The position numbers and the translations under genes are program-made. A stretch of 64,000 nucleotides of DNA from an uncultured Gammaproteobacteria bacterium (GTDB taxonomy: Bacteria; Pseudomonadota; Gammaproteobacteria; Xanthomonadales; SZUA-36), in assembly GCA_963759035.1 (NCBI GenBank), contig CAVWXL010000020.1, forward strand, positions 3,505 through 67,504, given 5' to 3'. The number at the start of each line of letters is the position of its first letter. Positions within the stretch are counted from its first letter, which is position 1. The notes beneath the pieces were generated by a model. The model was given only the letters and a program-made list of their open reading frames with translations, did no database searches and was not told where the DNA came from. This document shows positions 47,421-57,768 of the stretch, piece by piece.

Positions 47421-48951
47421 ATGACCGAACTACGCACAACTGCCTACAAGGCTCTGGCCACTCTCTTCATTTTACTGGCGGTCAGCCTGCCAGCCCCTGC
47501 AGCTTCGGAAACCGGGTCACTTTCCGGCTTCGTCGAACGCGGGATGGAACTCTGGCAGGTTCCGGGAATGGCCGTGACGGTTGTCGACAGTGACCGGACT
47601 CTATTTCGGCAGGGATTCGGCGAAACGGCGATTGATAACGGACAGGCCATTGATGAACACACGCTGTTTGCCATCGCCTCCACAACAAAGGCAATGGTGG
47701 TCGCTGCCATCCTGATCCTGGCAGACGAGGGCAAACTGTCGCTGGATGACCCCATCGTCAATCACATCCCGGAACTGCATTTCAGCGATCCGATGCTAAC
47801 GGAACAACTGATGGTGCGGGACCTGCTGGCCCACCGGACGGGCCTGCCGAGCACCGATTTCTGGACGTTTTTCATGGGCATGCCGCTGGATGAGCAGATC
47901 CGGCGTCTTGGCGCTATAACGCCTGCCGCTCCCATGCGCACCCGGCTCATCTACCAGAACACCATGTATGAACTGGCCGGCGTACTGATTGAACGGGTTA
48001 GCGGCAATTCCTGGGACTCCTTCGTCCGGAGTCGCCTGTGGCTGCCCATCGGAATGCATGAGACATTCGCTGCACGCAGCCGGATCGGGGCTGACCTGAA
48101 TCGCGTAACACCTTATTTTTCAACCGACGGCAATCTCGTCCAGGCCAATTGGGACATACCCGCCGACCTGGCCGAGGCCGCTGGTTCTGTCTGGTCTTCG
48201 ATACACGACATGGGGCTTTGGGCCCAGTTTCTGCTTCGCGGCGGCGTCACCAGCGGGGGCGAGCGCCTGGTTTCCAGCAACAGCATTGAGGAGATGTTCA
48301 AACCCCAGCAACTATCCAGCGCTGATGATTTCTATCCAACGACTGCACTTACCCTGCCCAACTGGATCAGTTACGGCCTGGCCTGGTTTCAACAGGACTT
48401 CCAGGGGCGAAAAATCGACTTCCATACCGGTAGCCTGTCCGGCCTGATCGCCATCATCGGCCTGGACCGTGCCGGCGACCGCGCCATGGTTGCGCTGGGT
48501 AACCGCGATCATGCCGAGATGCGGCATGCCATTTTATGGGAAGTCATGGACGACACGCCGGCCGGAGAACGGCGTGACTGGAACCGGGAAATCCGGGATT
48601 TATACGACGGACTGGCTGAACAGGGCGAGGAGGGGTGGCAAAAAACCGAACAACAGCGCCTGAAGAAAAGTAAACCCAGCCTGGCAAAGAAGGCCTATCT
48701 CGGCATGTACGAAAGCCCGGCCATGGGCCGTATACGCATAGAACCGGACGGCAGGAATATGGTTGCTGAACGCCGGTAGCGTCAGCTTGCCGATGACTTA
48801 CTGGCACCTCGATACGTTCCTGGTGGAATACCCCGAGTGGCAACTGAAGGAATTCGCGGAGTTCCGGATCGGCCCCAACGGTCAAATTGACGAACTGGAA
48901 CTTTTCGGAGAAAATTTCAAGCCGATTGCGGAAACCGCCGACGGAGAGTGA
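47421..48951 (+). pseudogene. Beta-lactamase-family serine hydrolase with a DUF3471-like C-terminal domain, split by a frameshift near 48755-48765
   Basis: Signal peptide and SxxK motif (ASTTKAM) after VPGMAVTVV. The tail (GSVSLPMTYWHLDTFLVEY...) continues in the next frame (ORF 48763..48951). Confidence 0.8.
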
Positions 48952-48959
48952 TCGTGAAA

Positions 48960-50091
48960 ATGCCCCGCCTGTTTTTATCCATCGCCCTTCTTGGCCTGGT
49001 TGTCAGCGTCAATACGGCCGCCCAGCAGGTTTCAGACGGGGTGGATGTGCCGGGGCTGGAAAGTTTTGATCAGGCCATGCTGGCCTTCATGCAGGATCAT
49101 GACATTCCGGATGGCCAGTGTCAGCAAACCGCTGACTTCAACCCTGGTTCACCGCTTGCAACAAGACGGGGGCGCATCCACTTCCGATACCCTCGCACAA
49201 CACCTCGACCTCTCGCCTCAGCCGGGACAGACGGCAGACGCCATGCTGGGAGGCATCACGATTCGAAACCTGCTCGAGCACCTGGCCGGTTTCAATAGCC
49301 CGCAGGGTTACGGTTACGACCCGGTTTTCAATGATGCGGCCATTGTCAGCGCGCTGGGCACCGATTACCCGGTGCTTAAGTCCCATATCCGTACGTTCAT
49401 GAATGGTAAGGCACTGGCCAACGCCCCGGGCACTACCTACAACTATTCCCAGGGTTGGTCGGTGCGCGACTACGGCAATGGCAACCGCAACACCTGGCAC
49501 AACGGCAGTCTTCCGGGGACAACTTCCTGGGTGGTTCGTTTCCAGAATGGGTACAACTACGCCGCTGCTTTCAATCGCCGCAATGAAACCTCACCCGGTT
49601 CATGGCTGGCCGGCCTCACCAGCAAGATGAATGCCGCTCACGACCAGGTCGCCCAATGGCCGGACCACGACCTTTTCCCATCAACACTATCCGCGGCCCC
49701 TGAATCCATTGGGGCCCGCTATGCAGGCTCCTGGTATGACGTGACCCACGACGGCGAGGGCTTCGTCGTGCAGATCATCAACCCAAGAACGGCTGTCGTC
49801 TACTGGTTTACCTATGACTCCGAAGGACGTGCTGCCTGGATGCTGGGAATTACCAGTGAGGGAACCCTGGAAAATGGCGTTGATATTGGCATGCTCCGGC
49901 CCGAAGATGGAAACTTCGGCGTCGCTTTCGACCCGGCCAGGGTGGTGAAGCAGCCCAATGGAGAACTGATCCTCAAGCTTACTTGCGGATCCGGCTCGAT
50001 GAGCCAATTTACCGGTGGCAGTTCCGGATTTCCCGACGTCAACCAGGCCCTGACCCGCCTGGCCGGGTATGTTAATCCGCCCTGCCCTTAG
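48960..50091 (+). pseudogene. Second beta-lactamase-family hydrolase carrying a C-terminal two-Cys module. Frame-disrupted, and apparently missing the segment before SxxK.
   Basis: Frame 0 gives signal peptide MPRLFLSIALLGLVVSVNTAAQ and ...FMQDHDIPDG. Sense then resumes in frame +1 at ASVSKPLTS. The roughly 30-40 residues that normally separate the 'IPG' and 'SxxK' regions are absent in all frames. The C-terminal 125 aa (49714..50088) form the recurrent module. Confidence 0.65.
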
Positions 50092-50174
50092 CCGATTCAA
50101 CCAAAAACAGGCTCAATACGCCACTGCCCCATCAGCAACGCCCGGAAAGGGCACTGTGTCAGGCGGTCAGCCGC

Positions 50175-50191
50175 TGGCACGAATTCTGCAT
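50175..50191 (+). promoter_or_regulatory. Candidate sigma-54 (RpoN) promoter
   Basis: TGGCACGAATTCTGCAT fits -24 TGGCACG / N4 / -12 (T/C)TGCA with canonical GG-GC spacing. It lies 34 nt upstream of an ATG preceded by a strong RBS (AAGGAG at 50213-50218). Confidence 0.6.
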
Positions 50192-50224
50192 CTATTATCT
50201 TGAGAACCCCGAAAGGAGATACCG

Positions 50225-50461
50225 ATGGGAAATGGATCCTGTGGAAATGTAATTGCAGCGCTGGCAAGCTTTTTTATACCCGGCCTGGGCCAGTTATTGC
50301 AGGGCCGCTGGGTCGTGGCTGGCATCATGTTCCTGATGACGGCAGTGCTGTGGCTGATCCTGCTTGGCTGGATCATTCACCTCTGGTCGATCATTGATGC
50401 GGCGCTCTACGAGCGCCCGGATCAATGGCGTCAGGAATACTATCGAAGTTCTTACCGCTAG
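50225..50461 (+). CDS. Small (78 aa) two-TM membrane protein, function unknown
   Basis: Strong RBS and sigma-54-like promoter upstream. Two hydrophobic helices (VIAALASFFIPGLGQ and VVAGIMFLMTAVLWLILLGWIIHLW). Convergent with pilE. Confidence 0.6.
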   Translation: MGNGSCGNVIAALASFFIPGLGQLLQGRWVVAGIMFLMTAVLWLILLGWIIHLWSIIDAALYERPDQWRQEYYRSSYR

Positions 50462-50465
50462 TGGC

Positions 50466-50897
50466 TTATGAACCTCCAGCGGGACGCTTTCCTTGCCAGC
50501 AGGAAATGGCAAAGGTGCCGGTCTTGCCGCCTGCCGTCTTCACGCCCGTGTCACTGAGCGTCATAGCCCCGCAACTGTCCTTGGTCTGCCCTACCTGGGG
50601 GGTCGCCGTCGCCACGAAATTCTGATTGGCGTTGCTGGTTGCAAGGGCCACAACGTAGTGGCCGTTGGGCGTCGCTCCACCACAACTGGCTGCGTCGTAA
50701 ACATTGTTACGAATGAACAACCGTTCCTGGCAGGCGGAAGCCGCCAGCAGACCGTCAATGGCCTCACTGCGGTTAGTCCGCAGAACATATTGCATATAGC
50801 TCGGCACCGCCAGGCTCAACAGGATTGTGAGTATGGCAACGGTGATCATGGCCTCCACTATCGTGAATCCGCCCTGGCTCTCTTTTTTGCTGCCCAT
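50466..50897 (-). CDS. pilE: Type IV pilus minor pilin PilE
   Basis: Prepilin leader followed by G/FTIVEAMITVAIL, then PSYMQYVLRTNRSEA, which is typical of PilE. Last gene of the minor-pilin operon. Confidence 0.85.
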   Translation of the reverse strand: MGSKKESQGGFTIVEAMITVAILTILLSLAVPSYMQYVLRTNRSEAIDGLLAASACQERLFIRNNVYDAASCGGATPNGHYVVALATSNANQNFVATATPQVGQTKDSCGAMTLSDTGVKTAGGKTGTFAISCWQGKRPAGGS

Positions 50898-50902
50898 GAC
50901 GG

Positions 50903-51229
50903 TCAGCTTTCCAGGCCGGACTTGCTGCCGCGGATCAGGATCACGGCCTCAAGCACTTGCTTGCCCTGATCCCCACTCTGCTCGCCGAAGATCAGGCGCA
51001 CGTCATCACCCGGACTAAGATCCTCCTCACCCATTTGCTCGCCCTGGTAAATGATCCGGGTGCTTTCGGTGACAACTTCATAAACAACACCGTCCACTTC
51101 AATTCTTTCCTGGTTGAAGGAAACGCTGTCCAGCTTACCCTCGATGGCCTCAGCCATTGCCGCTACCGGTGTCAGCATCAGCAGCGCGGCTGCTATCCAT
51201 ACTTTCTTAAACATATCTTTCTCCAGCAT
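50903..51229 (-). CDS. Small secreted protein in the pilY2 position (between pilY1 and pilE)
   Basis: Signal peptide MFKKVWIAAALLMLTPVAAMA (an alternative start is at 51214). About 100 aa. The assignment is positional only; no sequence similarity is claimed. Confidence 0.45.
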   Translation of the reverse strand: MLEKDMFKKVWIAAALLMLTPVAAMAEAIEGKLDSVSFNQERIEVDGVVYEVVTESTRIIYQGEQMGEEDLSPGDDVRLIFGEQSGDQGKQVLEAVILIRGSKSGLES

Positions 51230-51235
51230 GATACA

Positions 51236-54200
51236 TCAGTGGGTCTGCATCCAGTTCTGTCGGCCACAGGCCAACGGTTGGTGGGCCGCTGCAACCATCA
51301 CAATACTGCCGTTGGTCCGGGTCGTATAGGTGAACGACTTGGCGCCGTCTGACCCACAACCACGCGGTGCGTTGGGGCGCAGTGGGAAGACTGAACCCAG
51401 ATCCGCCGGCCTGTCGTCGTACAGCAACGCCGGCAAGTTGGGAATACTCAGCATTTCTATACCTACCGGGTTGGCCATTACATCATCGGCCGTTTCGTCG
51501 TATGGGTTGTCCACCATCAGCACGTCATCTTCATTGATCGTATTGTCATCGGTGATATCGATAACCGGGAAACGAGGCGCATTGCCAGTTTCAGCGTTCA
51601 GTGCCATCAGCCAGCCACTACCTCCGGCCGAGCATACATCTCCTTCCGGAATCAGCGAGACCAGGATGGCGATGTTGTCACGCAGAATGATCTTTCTCAC
51701 TACGCGTTCGCCTTCTACCGGCAGGTCGACCATCCAGCCACGCGAATCGGGATCACCGTTGTCATCGAACCAGACCGGAGTGCCGGGACCGTAGTCGTGG
51801 ATCACTCGCCTATTGCTTGCCGAATCCACTGACATGATGGATGGAGTCAGATCAGAGCGGGAAAAATCATGGTCGCCCGTATTGTTTCGCTGGTTCAGGG
51901 CCTTGTTGTAAAAGCCATCGCGATCCCAAATCCCATACACAGTCTGTGTTTGTGCTCCTTCTACCACGTCGTCATTGACCTCAAGATACTTGCCGGTTCC
52001 AAACAGCACCATGACACCCTCTCGGATGGACAGCGGGTGACGCATAATGGCGGGACGGGTGGTAATCGCCTGGCGGTTACCGTCAGAATCCTTTGCGATG
52101 AACAGCGGCTCACCGCCGAACGATATGGACCAGCTGGAAGCGGAACTGGAGGTCACATCCACTTTCCACATATTACCGTCGAGGTCTCCAAGGTAGATAA
52201 AATCTGAAATGCCGTCGCCGTCTATGTCAGCCACTGCAGGTGCGGACAGGCCATCAGCACCGGGCACTTCGATTTTGCGATAATCCGCTGAAGACCAGCC
52301 GTCCATGCCTTCGTTGATGAAAACCACGTAAACATACTGTTTGCCTTCAGCGGAGGCATGTCCATCAGCGACGGTATTATTGTATCCGGAAGTGAAAATG
52401 GCGGCCCATTTACCGTTGGCCATCTTACGGATTTGCGGATCGCCAAATATGAAACCCAGGTCCGCATCGTCTTCGTCGGTGAATTCCCACATGACATCAT
52501 CTGCACCAAAAGTATTGGGATCTGTGATGTCCAGTGCGTATAAGCCGTGCCCGCCACCGCGGAGGGCACCAACCAGGACAGACTTCCAGCCATTGGCGGA
52601 CTCAATGTCGCCGTACACCGGTGATCCATCGACGTAAAAGTCATGGTAGTAGCCGGGCGAGGTCAATTCCGGCAGCTTCCCGATAACTTTGTTGGGTACA
52701 AATGCAAACAACTCGGCACCATTGGCTTCGTTGAACGCGTGCAGCATGCCGTCGTTGGCGCCAACATAAATGACCGGATCGCGGTCTTTGTTACCATATG
52801 CGAATGAGGAGTAACCGCCAAACGGGTAATAGAACGACGGGAAGCTGACGTATTCCGGATCCGAATGCGCGATATCGCCCAGGCGGTGCTCGCGGCTTCG
52901 GAACTTGCCGCCTTCGAAGGCACTGGAACCGCGGATAAAGTTCAGACGGTCCTGCCCGTCGCTGTCTTCATCACCCGTCTGCGGGTTGACGCTCAGCAGG
53001 TCTTTTTGCGCTTCATTTATGTCGTCCCAGGTGAAATTGCCGCCGTTGCCCGTGGCTGGGTTGTAGGTGAAGACCTTTCTGGCGCCGGTAAACCAGGAAT
53101 CAGATTTGGTATCGAGTATGTCACCGGCTTCCCAGGCAATCGTGCCCAGCTCTCCGTCAGCGGAATTCACGTTTATCGCCAGCAGGGAACCATGCCAGTC
53201 GGCCGCATCGAACTTGGCCTGGAATACCTTGGATTCACTGGAGATTGACCCACCGTTGGTGGCGCCTGATGCGGCGCCGCCGACCCGGTCACTGATATCC
53301 AGGATGGCATTGGTCAATTCTGAAATCAGCTCTTCGGGCCGTTTCGCCGAGATGTACTCGCCGCGACTGTTCCAGGCTGCGTGCCACAGATCGTCAACGC
53401 GCCGCTCCTCGTCATTGGCGCCCGACAGGTACCATTTGTTGCCATTGGTCAGGTTGTTCGGCCAGCCATCGTCATCGGTATCCACCAGCGAACCGGTGAT
53501 TCCAAAGCCAATGGTGAAGGTCGACAAATGCTGATGGCTGGCAGAGTCAAACTGATCCGTCGGCACCAGGTTGGGTAGAGGCGAAAGATCCTTGTCGTAA
53601 TAGTACTTTGCTACGTCGGCGAGCAGCACCCGGGTTTCAGAACCGGTACCGTTGAAAACCACTCCGTTATCACCATCGACGTCTGTTCCGACGACCGAGG
53701 GGTTGCTTCCATTCCAGTAGCCATCCGAAAACAGGATGGCAAAGTTCTTCTGGCAGGCTGACGCGATTGGACTATCCTTGCCACTGAGCTCGTCGTCAAA
53801 ATAGCGACCGACCCGCTCCAGACCGCGCCGCAATGGCGTGCCATAGGCATTCTGGGGGTGCGTGAGGTACTCTTTGATCAAGTTGGCATTGTGTGTCGTA
53901 TAGTCATTAACCAGCGGTCCAGGCTGTTCAACGAACACATCATAGTCGTTGATCAGGCTGAAACCGTAACGGAACGAAGGCAAGTCCGTGACCACCCGGG
54001 CCACAGAGGCGCGAGCGACCATTGCACGGCGCCGGTAATACTGGAACCAGTTGGCCACGTTCTGTTGCAATTGTGTAATTGACCCATTGGCGCCAAGCGC
54101 AGCCTGGCAGAGGGCATCCGCGCCGGCCAGCACGGTAATTGTTGGGTTCAGGCCGTTATCGTCGGGGGCATAATTGTAGAGCTTGCAGGTATACGAACCT

Positions 54201-54925
54201 GCATCCACGGTCACTTCAACGTGGCTGTCCCATTCGTCGATGATTCCATTGGGAAAGGTGTTATCGTCTGTCTTGTCCGGGCGCGTACCGTTAAAGCCCT
54301 TGTCGTCAATCCAGTAGTTGTAGACGAAACCTGCCATGTTATCGGTATCGTTGTATCCGGACAGCGCGGGGTCGGGATAGGAGTGAGTCGAACTGAAGCT
54401 GGCATCACTGTATCCAGGCCAGGGCGTGTAGTCGATGGCTGGATTGAAGAACAACACGTTCAGGTCCGCGCTGCGAACACGCCAGTCCCAGGGCGCGTCG
54501 CCCGTGCGGTTGCCGCACCGTTCAATAACCTGCCTGCTACTGCCCGTACAGCCGACGCTGTAGGCATCGTCGTCGGAGTGCTCAACGTACTCAAACGTCC
54601 GGTAGACCTTATTGCCATTTGAATATTTCCCGGACCAGTCATAAAACTCACCGGTCCTTTCGAGGGTACTGCAACCTTTCTTCTTGTTATAACGGCACGT
54701 GGTGAAATGAGTGGGCGTCAATATGTCCCAGTCCATTGAACCTGAATCATCCATTTCCAGGAAGATATTGGGCGTGGTGCTGATATTGACGAACAGGGGC
54801 ACATTCGGCAGCAACAGGGTTGCAGATGCCGTGACCGGCGCGAGCAGACCCGCGGCCAGTGCAGTCAACGCGATGATGGTGCCCGTGAGGGTCTTGGTTT
54901 GGTCAATCCTGATCTTGCGGTTCAT
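51236..54925 (-). CDS. pilY1: Type IV pilus tip-associated adhesin / biogenesis factor PilY1 (PilC family)
   Basis: 1229 aa with signal peptide. Long N-terminal region and C-terminal beta-propeller with the PilY1-type calcium site ADIDGDGISD (52202-52231), followed by YLGDLDGNMWKVD. Operon position is after pilX. Confidence 0.9.
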   Translation of the reverse strand: MNRKIRIDQTKTLTGTIIALTALAAGLLAPVTASATLLLPNVPLFVNISTTPNIFLEMDDSGSMDWDILTPTHFTTCRYNKKKGCSTLERTGEFYDWSGKYSNGNKVYRTFEYVEHSDDDAYSVGCTGSSRQVIERCGNRTGDAPWDWRVRSADLNVLFFNPAIDYTPWPGYSDASFSSTHSYPDPALSGYNDTDNMAGFVYNYWIDDKGFNGTRPDKTDDNTFPNGIIDEWDSHVEVTVDAGSYTCKLYNYAPDDNGLNPTITVLAGADALCQAALGANGSITQLQQNVANWFQYYRRRAMVARASVARVVTDLPSFRYGFSLINDYDVFVEQPGPLVNDYTTHNANLIKEYLTHPQNAYGTPLRRGLERVGRYFDDELSGKDSPIASACQKNFAILFSDGYWNGSNPSVVGTDVDGDNGVVFNGTGSETRVLLADVAKYYYDKDLSPLPNLVPTDQFDSASHQHLSTFTIGFGITGSLVDTDDDGWPNNLTNGNKWYLSGANDEERRVDDLWHAAWNSRGEYISAKRPEELISELTNAILDISDRVGGAASGATNGGSISSESKVFQAKFDAADWHGSLLAINVNSADGELGTIAWEAGDILDTKSDSWFTGARKVFTYNPATGNGGNFTWDDINEAQKDLLSVNPQTGDEDSDGQDRLNFIRGSSAFEGGKFRSREHRLGDIAHSDPEYVSFPSFYYPFGGYSSFAYGNKDRDPVIYVGANDGMLHAFNEANGAELFAFVPNKVIGKLPELTSPGYYHDFYVDGSPVYGDIESANGWKSVLVGALRGGGHGLYALDITDPNTFGADDVMWEFTDEDDADLGFIFGDPQIRKMANGKWAAIFTSGYNNTVADGHASAEGKQYVYVVFINEGMDGWSSADYRKIEVPGADGLSAPAVADIDGDGISDFIYLGDLDGNMWKVDVTSSSASSWSISFGGEPLFIAKDSDGNRQAITTRPAIMRHPLSIREGVMVLFGTGKYLEVNDDVVEGAQTQTVYGIWDRDGFYNKALNQRNNTGDHDFSRSDLTPSIMSVDSASNRRVIHDYGPGTPVWFDDNGDPDSRGWMVDLPVEGERVVRKIILRDNIAILVSLIPEGDVCSAGGSGWLMALNAETGNAPRFPVIDITDDNTINEDDVLMVDNPYDETADDVMANPVGIEMLSIPNLPALLYDDRPADLGSVFPLRPNAPRGCGSDGAKSFTYTTRTNGSIVMVAAAHQPLACGRQNWMQTH

Positions 54926-54954
54926 CCTTGAACTCCAGTCAGATGTTTTCTAGC

Positions 54955-55542
54955 TCATTCGAAACGTTTTGCGAGTACGGAACGCACAATGGCGTCGCTG
55001 CTCTTTCTCAAGCCTGTACCCATAGAGGTTGCGCGATAGAAAACCACGCCTTTCTGCGGATCACCCGCCAGGTCATCGCGAGCGAAAAACTGTTGCTCGA
55101 TGACAAACCTCGGCTGGCTGTCCACGACCGGGAGCGACATGCCTAAGTCTTCATCGTTAGCCGGGTCTGTCCCGAATGAACGGGCCGATGCCCAGAACTC
55201 ATCGCGCGGTGTCGGGTAATGTGCTATCTCGCCAACCCCAAATACCTTTGCGGTCATATCGCAGGAACCAATGCATGGGAAGGGTCGGCTGAGTGTGTTG
55301 CCACCCAGGCTTTGCAGCCAGGCGGAGGGCCAGCGGGTGCCGGCTTCGGCGGACTGGAAGGCTACACTCAAATCTTTGAAGTTGCCAGCCAGACGCTCCT
55401 GCATAATCGCGCTCTGGGCATAGGTAACGCCGAGCAGCGCCAGCACGACGAAAATTCCCAGTCCGACCAGCAGTACTGCGCCTTTCTGGCGCGCGGGGAG
55501 GGCCGATCTTCCGGACCCGTTTCTGAAAGTATGCATATTCAT
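54955..55542 (-). CDS. pilX: Type IV pilus minor pilin PilX
   Basis: QKGAVLLVGLGIFVVLALLGV...MQERLAGNFKD...AFQSAEAG is the PilX N-terminal signature. The start overlaps the pilW stop (ATGA at 55539-55542). Confidence 0.8.
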   Translation of the reverse strand: MNMHTFRNGSGRSALPARQKGAVLLVGLGIFVVLALLGVTYAQSAIMQERLAGNFKDLSVAFQSAEAGTRWPSAWLQSLGGNTLSRPFPCIGSCDMTAKVFGVGEIAHYPTPRDEFWASARSFGTDPANDEDLGMSLPVVDSQPRFVIEQQFFARDDLAGDPQKGVVFYRATSMGTGLRKSSDAIVRSVLAKRFE

Positions 55543-56372
55543 AGTGTCAGGTTCCTTAACGCGACGGTCGTGGAATAAGCTTTGCGTAGCCTGTTGTCGT
55601 CCGCTGCAGCAACGGCGACATCGAGAATGTTGAAAGACTGGGTATCGTTACGAGGCCCAACACTATCCGGGCTGGCGATCAACATGCCGATCTTCAGAGC
55701 AACCGGCAGGCCATCGCGCATGTCGTTGATCAGGCCGCCAACCTCACACAGGTACTGGCTTTGCATGCAAACGGACGAATTTGGCGTGATGCTGTCGGCG
55801 GTGGTCCAGGCATTGATACTGAAATCCGGCGGGAAATCCGTATCCACTCCGTAAAGCACCTGGAAACTCTCGACACCATCCACGATGGGCTGGTTCGCCC
55901 GCTGAACTGCGAGTTCACCTGGTGAAGGGCCGTACTCGCAGGTCCACAAAAGGTTCTGGTTGTCGTCGACGGCAAAAGTGACCCGCTTGTAGAGCGCCAG
56001 GGCTTCGGTGGTTTCGGGGTCGAAATTACTGTTTCGGTTACCCGCGCAATCAAGGTCGTCCATGTACATGACCTGCAACGTGTCATTGGCGCCATCTGCA
56101 CCATTTACAGACCCGGCAGTCAGTGGTGAGTAGCCGGCACGCGGGTCATTCCAGACCGGCTTGCGAAAGCCCGCTTTGCGAGCCTCTTCGGCCACCACGT
56201 GCATCGCGATCCTGCCGTCTTCCTGAACACGGGTCAGTCCGTCCTGCAGGGTGTAGCTGCTTTTTGCGGTGGAAAACATCGCCAGCATGACCATCGTCAG
56301 CACGATCCCGAGCGTCATAGCGACCAGGATTTCAATCAGCGTGAAACCGCGGTTGTGTTTGTTGAAAAACAT
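55539..56372 (-). CDS. pilW: Type IV pilus minor pilin PilW
   Basis: Prepilin motif G/FTLIEILVAM, followed by the PilW-typical LQDGLTRVQEDGRIA. Confidence 0.85.
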   Translation of the reverse strand: MFFNKHNRGFTLIEILVAMTLGIVLTMVMLAMFSTAKSSYTLQDGLTRVQEDGRIAMHVVAEEARKAGFRKPVWNDPRAGYSPLTAGSVNGADGANDTLQVMYMDDLDCAGNRNSNFDPETTEALALYKRVTFAVDDNQNLLWTCEYGPSPGELAVQRANQPIVDGVESFQVLYGVDTDFPPDFSINAWTTADSITPNSSVCMQSQYLCEVGGLINDMRDGLPVALKIGMLIASPDSVGPRNDTQSFNILDVAVAAADDNRLRKAYSTTVALRNLTL

Positions 56373-56389
56373 AATATTTATGCTCCGAT

Positions 56390-56914
56390 TCAGGGAATGA
56401 CGGTCACGGCATAGCGCTGAAAGGTTTCACCGTCATTAAGCGCGTCTTCACTGTGGCTGTCCCTCCAGAAGATCTTGATCGTGTTCAGGCCAAGTCCGTC
56501 ACAGGCTTCTGCACCCGGATTGCCGTCGTTCGGGGTGGAGTCCATGCAGAAGTGCGCTATTCCGCCGGGTAGTTCATCAACCGCATGTGAGCGCCATTTG
56601 CCCGAATCGTACTGAGCCTGTTCGCTGGCCGTGCACTGTTCGTCGGTTGTGCATAACTTGTCGGTCAGCTCCGGCAGGTACGCAAAGTTGTTTGATTCGT
56701 ATCCGGACAGGTTGGCGCGCATCGCATCGGCAAGTTCCTCACCGATCAACATCGCCTGTGAATTGAACTGCCCGTCCGCAGTGCTACGCAGGCTCGCCAG
56801 GGACATGCTGGCCATACCGGCCAGGCAAACGCTGAAGATCACTACCGAGACAAGGATCTCAATCATGCTGAATCCTTTTTGGAACCTGGCCCCGTTACTG
56901 GAATACATTTTCAT
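56390..56914 (-). CDS. pilV: Type IV pilus minor pilin PilV
   Basis: Prepilin motif G/FSMIEILVSVVIF, followed by the PilV-typical ...AMRAN segment. Confidence 0.85.
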   Translation of the reverse strand: MKMYSSNGARFQKGFSMIEILVSVVIFSVCLAGMASMSLASLRSTADGQFNSQAMLIGEELADAMRANLSGYESNNFAYLPELTDKLCTTDEQCTASEQAQYDSGKWRSHAVDELPGGIAHFCMDSTPNDGNPGAEACDGLGLNTIKIFWRDSHSEDALNDGETFQRYAVTVIP

Positions 56915-56925
56915 AGCTCAGTTCC

Positions 56926-57498
56926 TTATGAGGTCGGTTCTTCTTCGTCATTGGTGGTGCTGTGCTTATCAGACTCGATCATTCCAAACTGATTGATGGT
57001 CACGATTGCACAGTTCTCGCCCACGCTTCCCTGCTCGCGGCAATTGGTAATGGTCGCGTTCGCGCCCAATTCCGTCGTGCCGTCTGCCTGGAATACGATG
57101 TTTTCGCCAAAACCGCTGTTGTTCACATCGCCCTCGATGTTAACGACCCTAATGATCTCGGCGCTGGCTACGTTACCATCGCCATTGGCGTCGTTGAATA
57201 CGATCCATCCGTCATCCCAACTGTCGTCAGCACAGGTCGCGCCGTCGGCTGACGGGCAAATGGTGATGTCGTCGCCAGTTGTGATGGCGGTAGACCGGGC
57301 CAGATTGAGACCGGTTACGATCGTGTTGTTGGCGGAAATGAGTTGGTTGTTAGCTGAAAACTGGCGCAGATTTGGTACGGCAAGCCCAACAGCGACCGCG
57401 AGCAAAGCCAGTGCAACGATAAATTCAAGAATGGTAAAACCACGGGATGACAGGCACGGACGGCCGACATGAGCACAGAATCCTTTCTGTTTGGACAT
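56926..57498 (-). CDS. fimU: GspH/FimT-family minor pilin (FimU/FimT)
   Basis: The ATG at 57498 gives MSKQKGF...SRG/FTILEFIVALALL and the GspH-type segment LNLARSTAI. First gene of the operon. Confidence 0.8.
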   Translation of the reverse strand: MSKQKGFCAHVGRPCLSSRGFTILEFIVALALLAVAVGLAVPNLRQFSANNQLISANNTIVTGLNLARSTAITTGDDITICPSADGATCADDSWDDGWIVFNDANGDGNVASAEIIRVVNIEGDVNNSGFGENIVFQADGTTELGANATITNCREQGSVGENCAIVTINQFGMIESDKHSTTNDEEEPTS

Positions 57499-57768
57499 AA
57501 CCAAATTCCTTTTTGGCTTAATGACAGGTAGTACATAGAATATAGCGAAACCGGGACTATAAGACACCACCATGTGTCTGTCCAATTCTACCGTTCAGAC
57601 AGTACCTTAAATAGCCCGCAAACGGCCTCTAGCAGCTATTCCAGCTGTTGAAAGCGTCGACAAATTACGTCAGTCGCTGACATATCCCGGCAAAACTCTA
57701 GCCGAAGAAAAAAATACAAAACTCCCTATGTCTTTGTTTTAAATGATTTTATTATTCATAAAAGGCGA

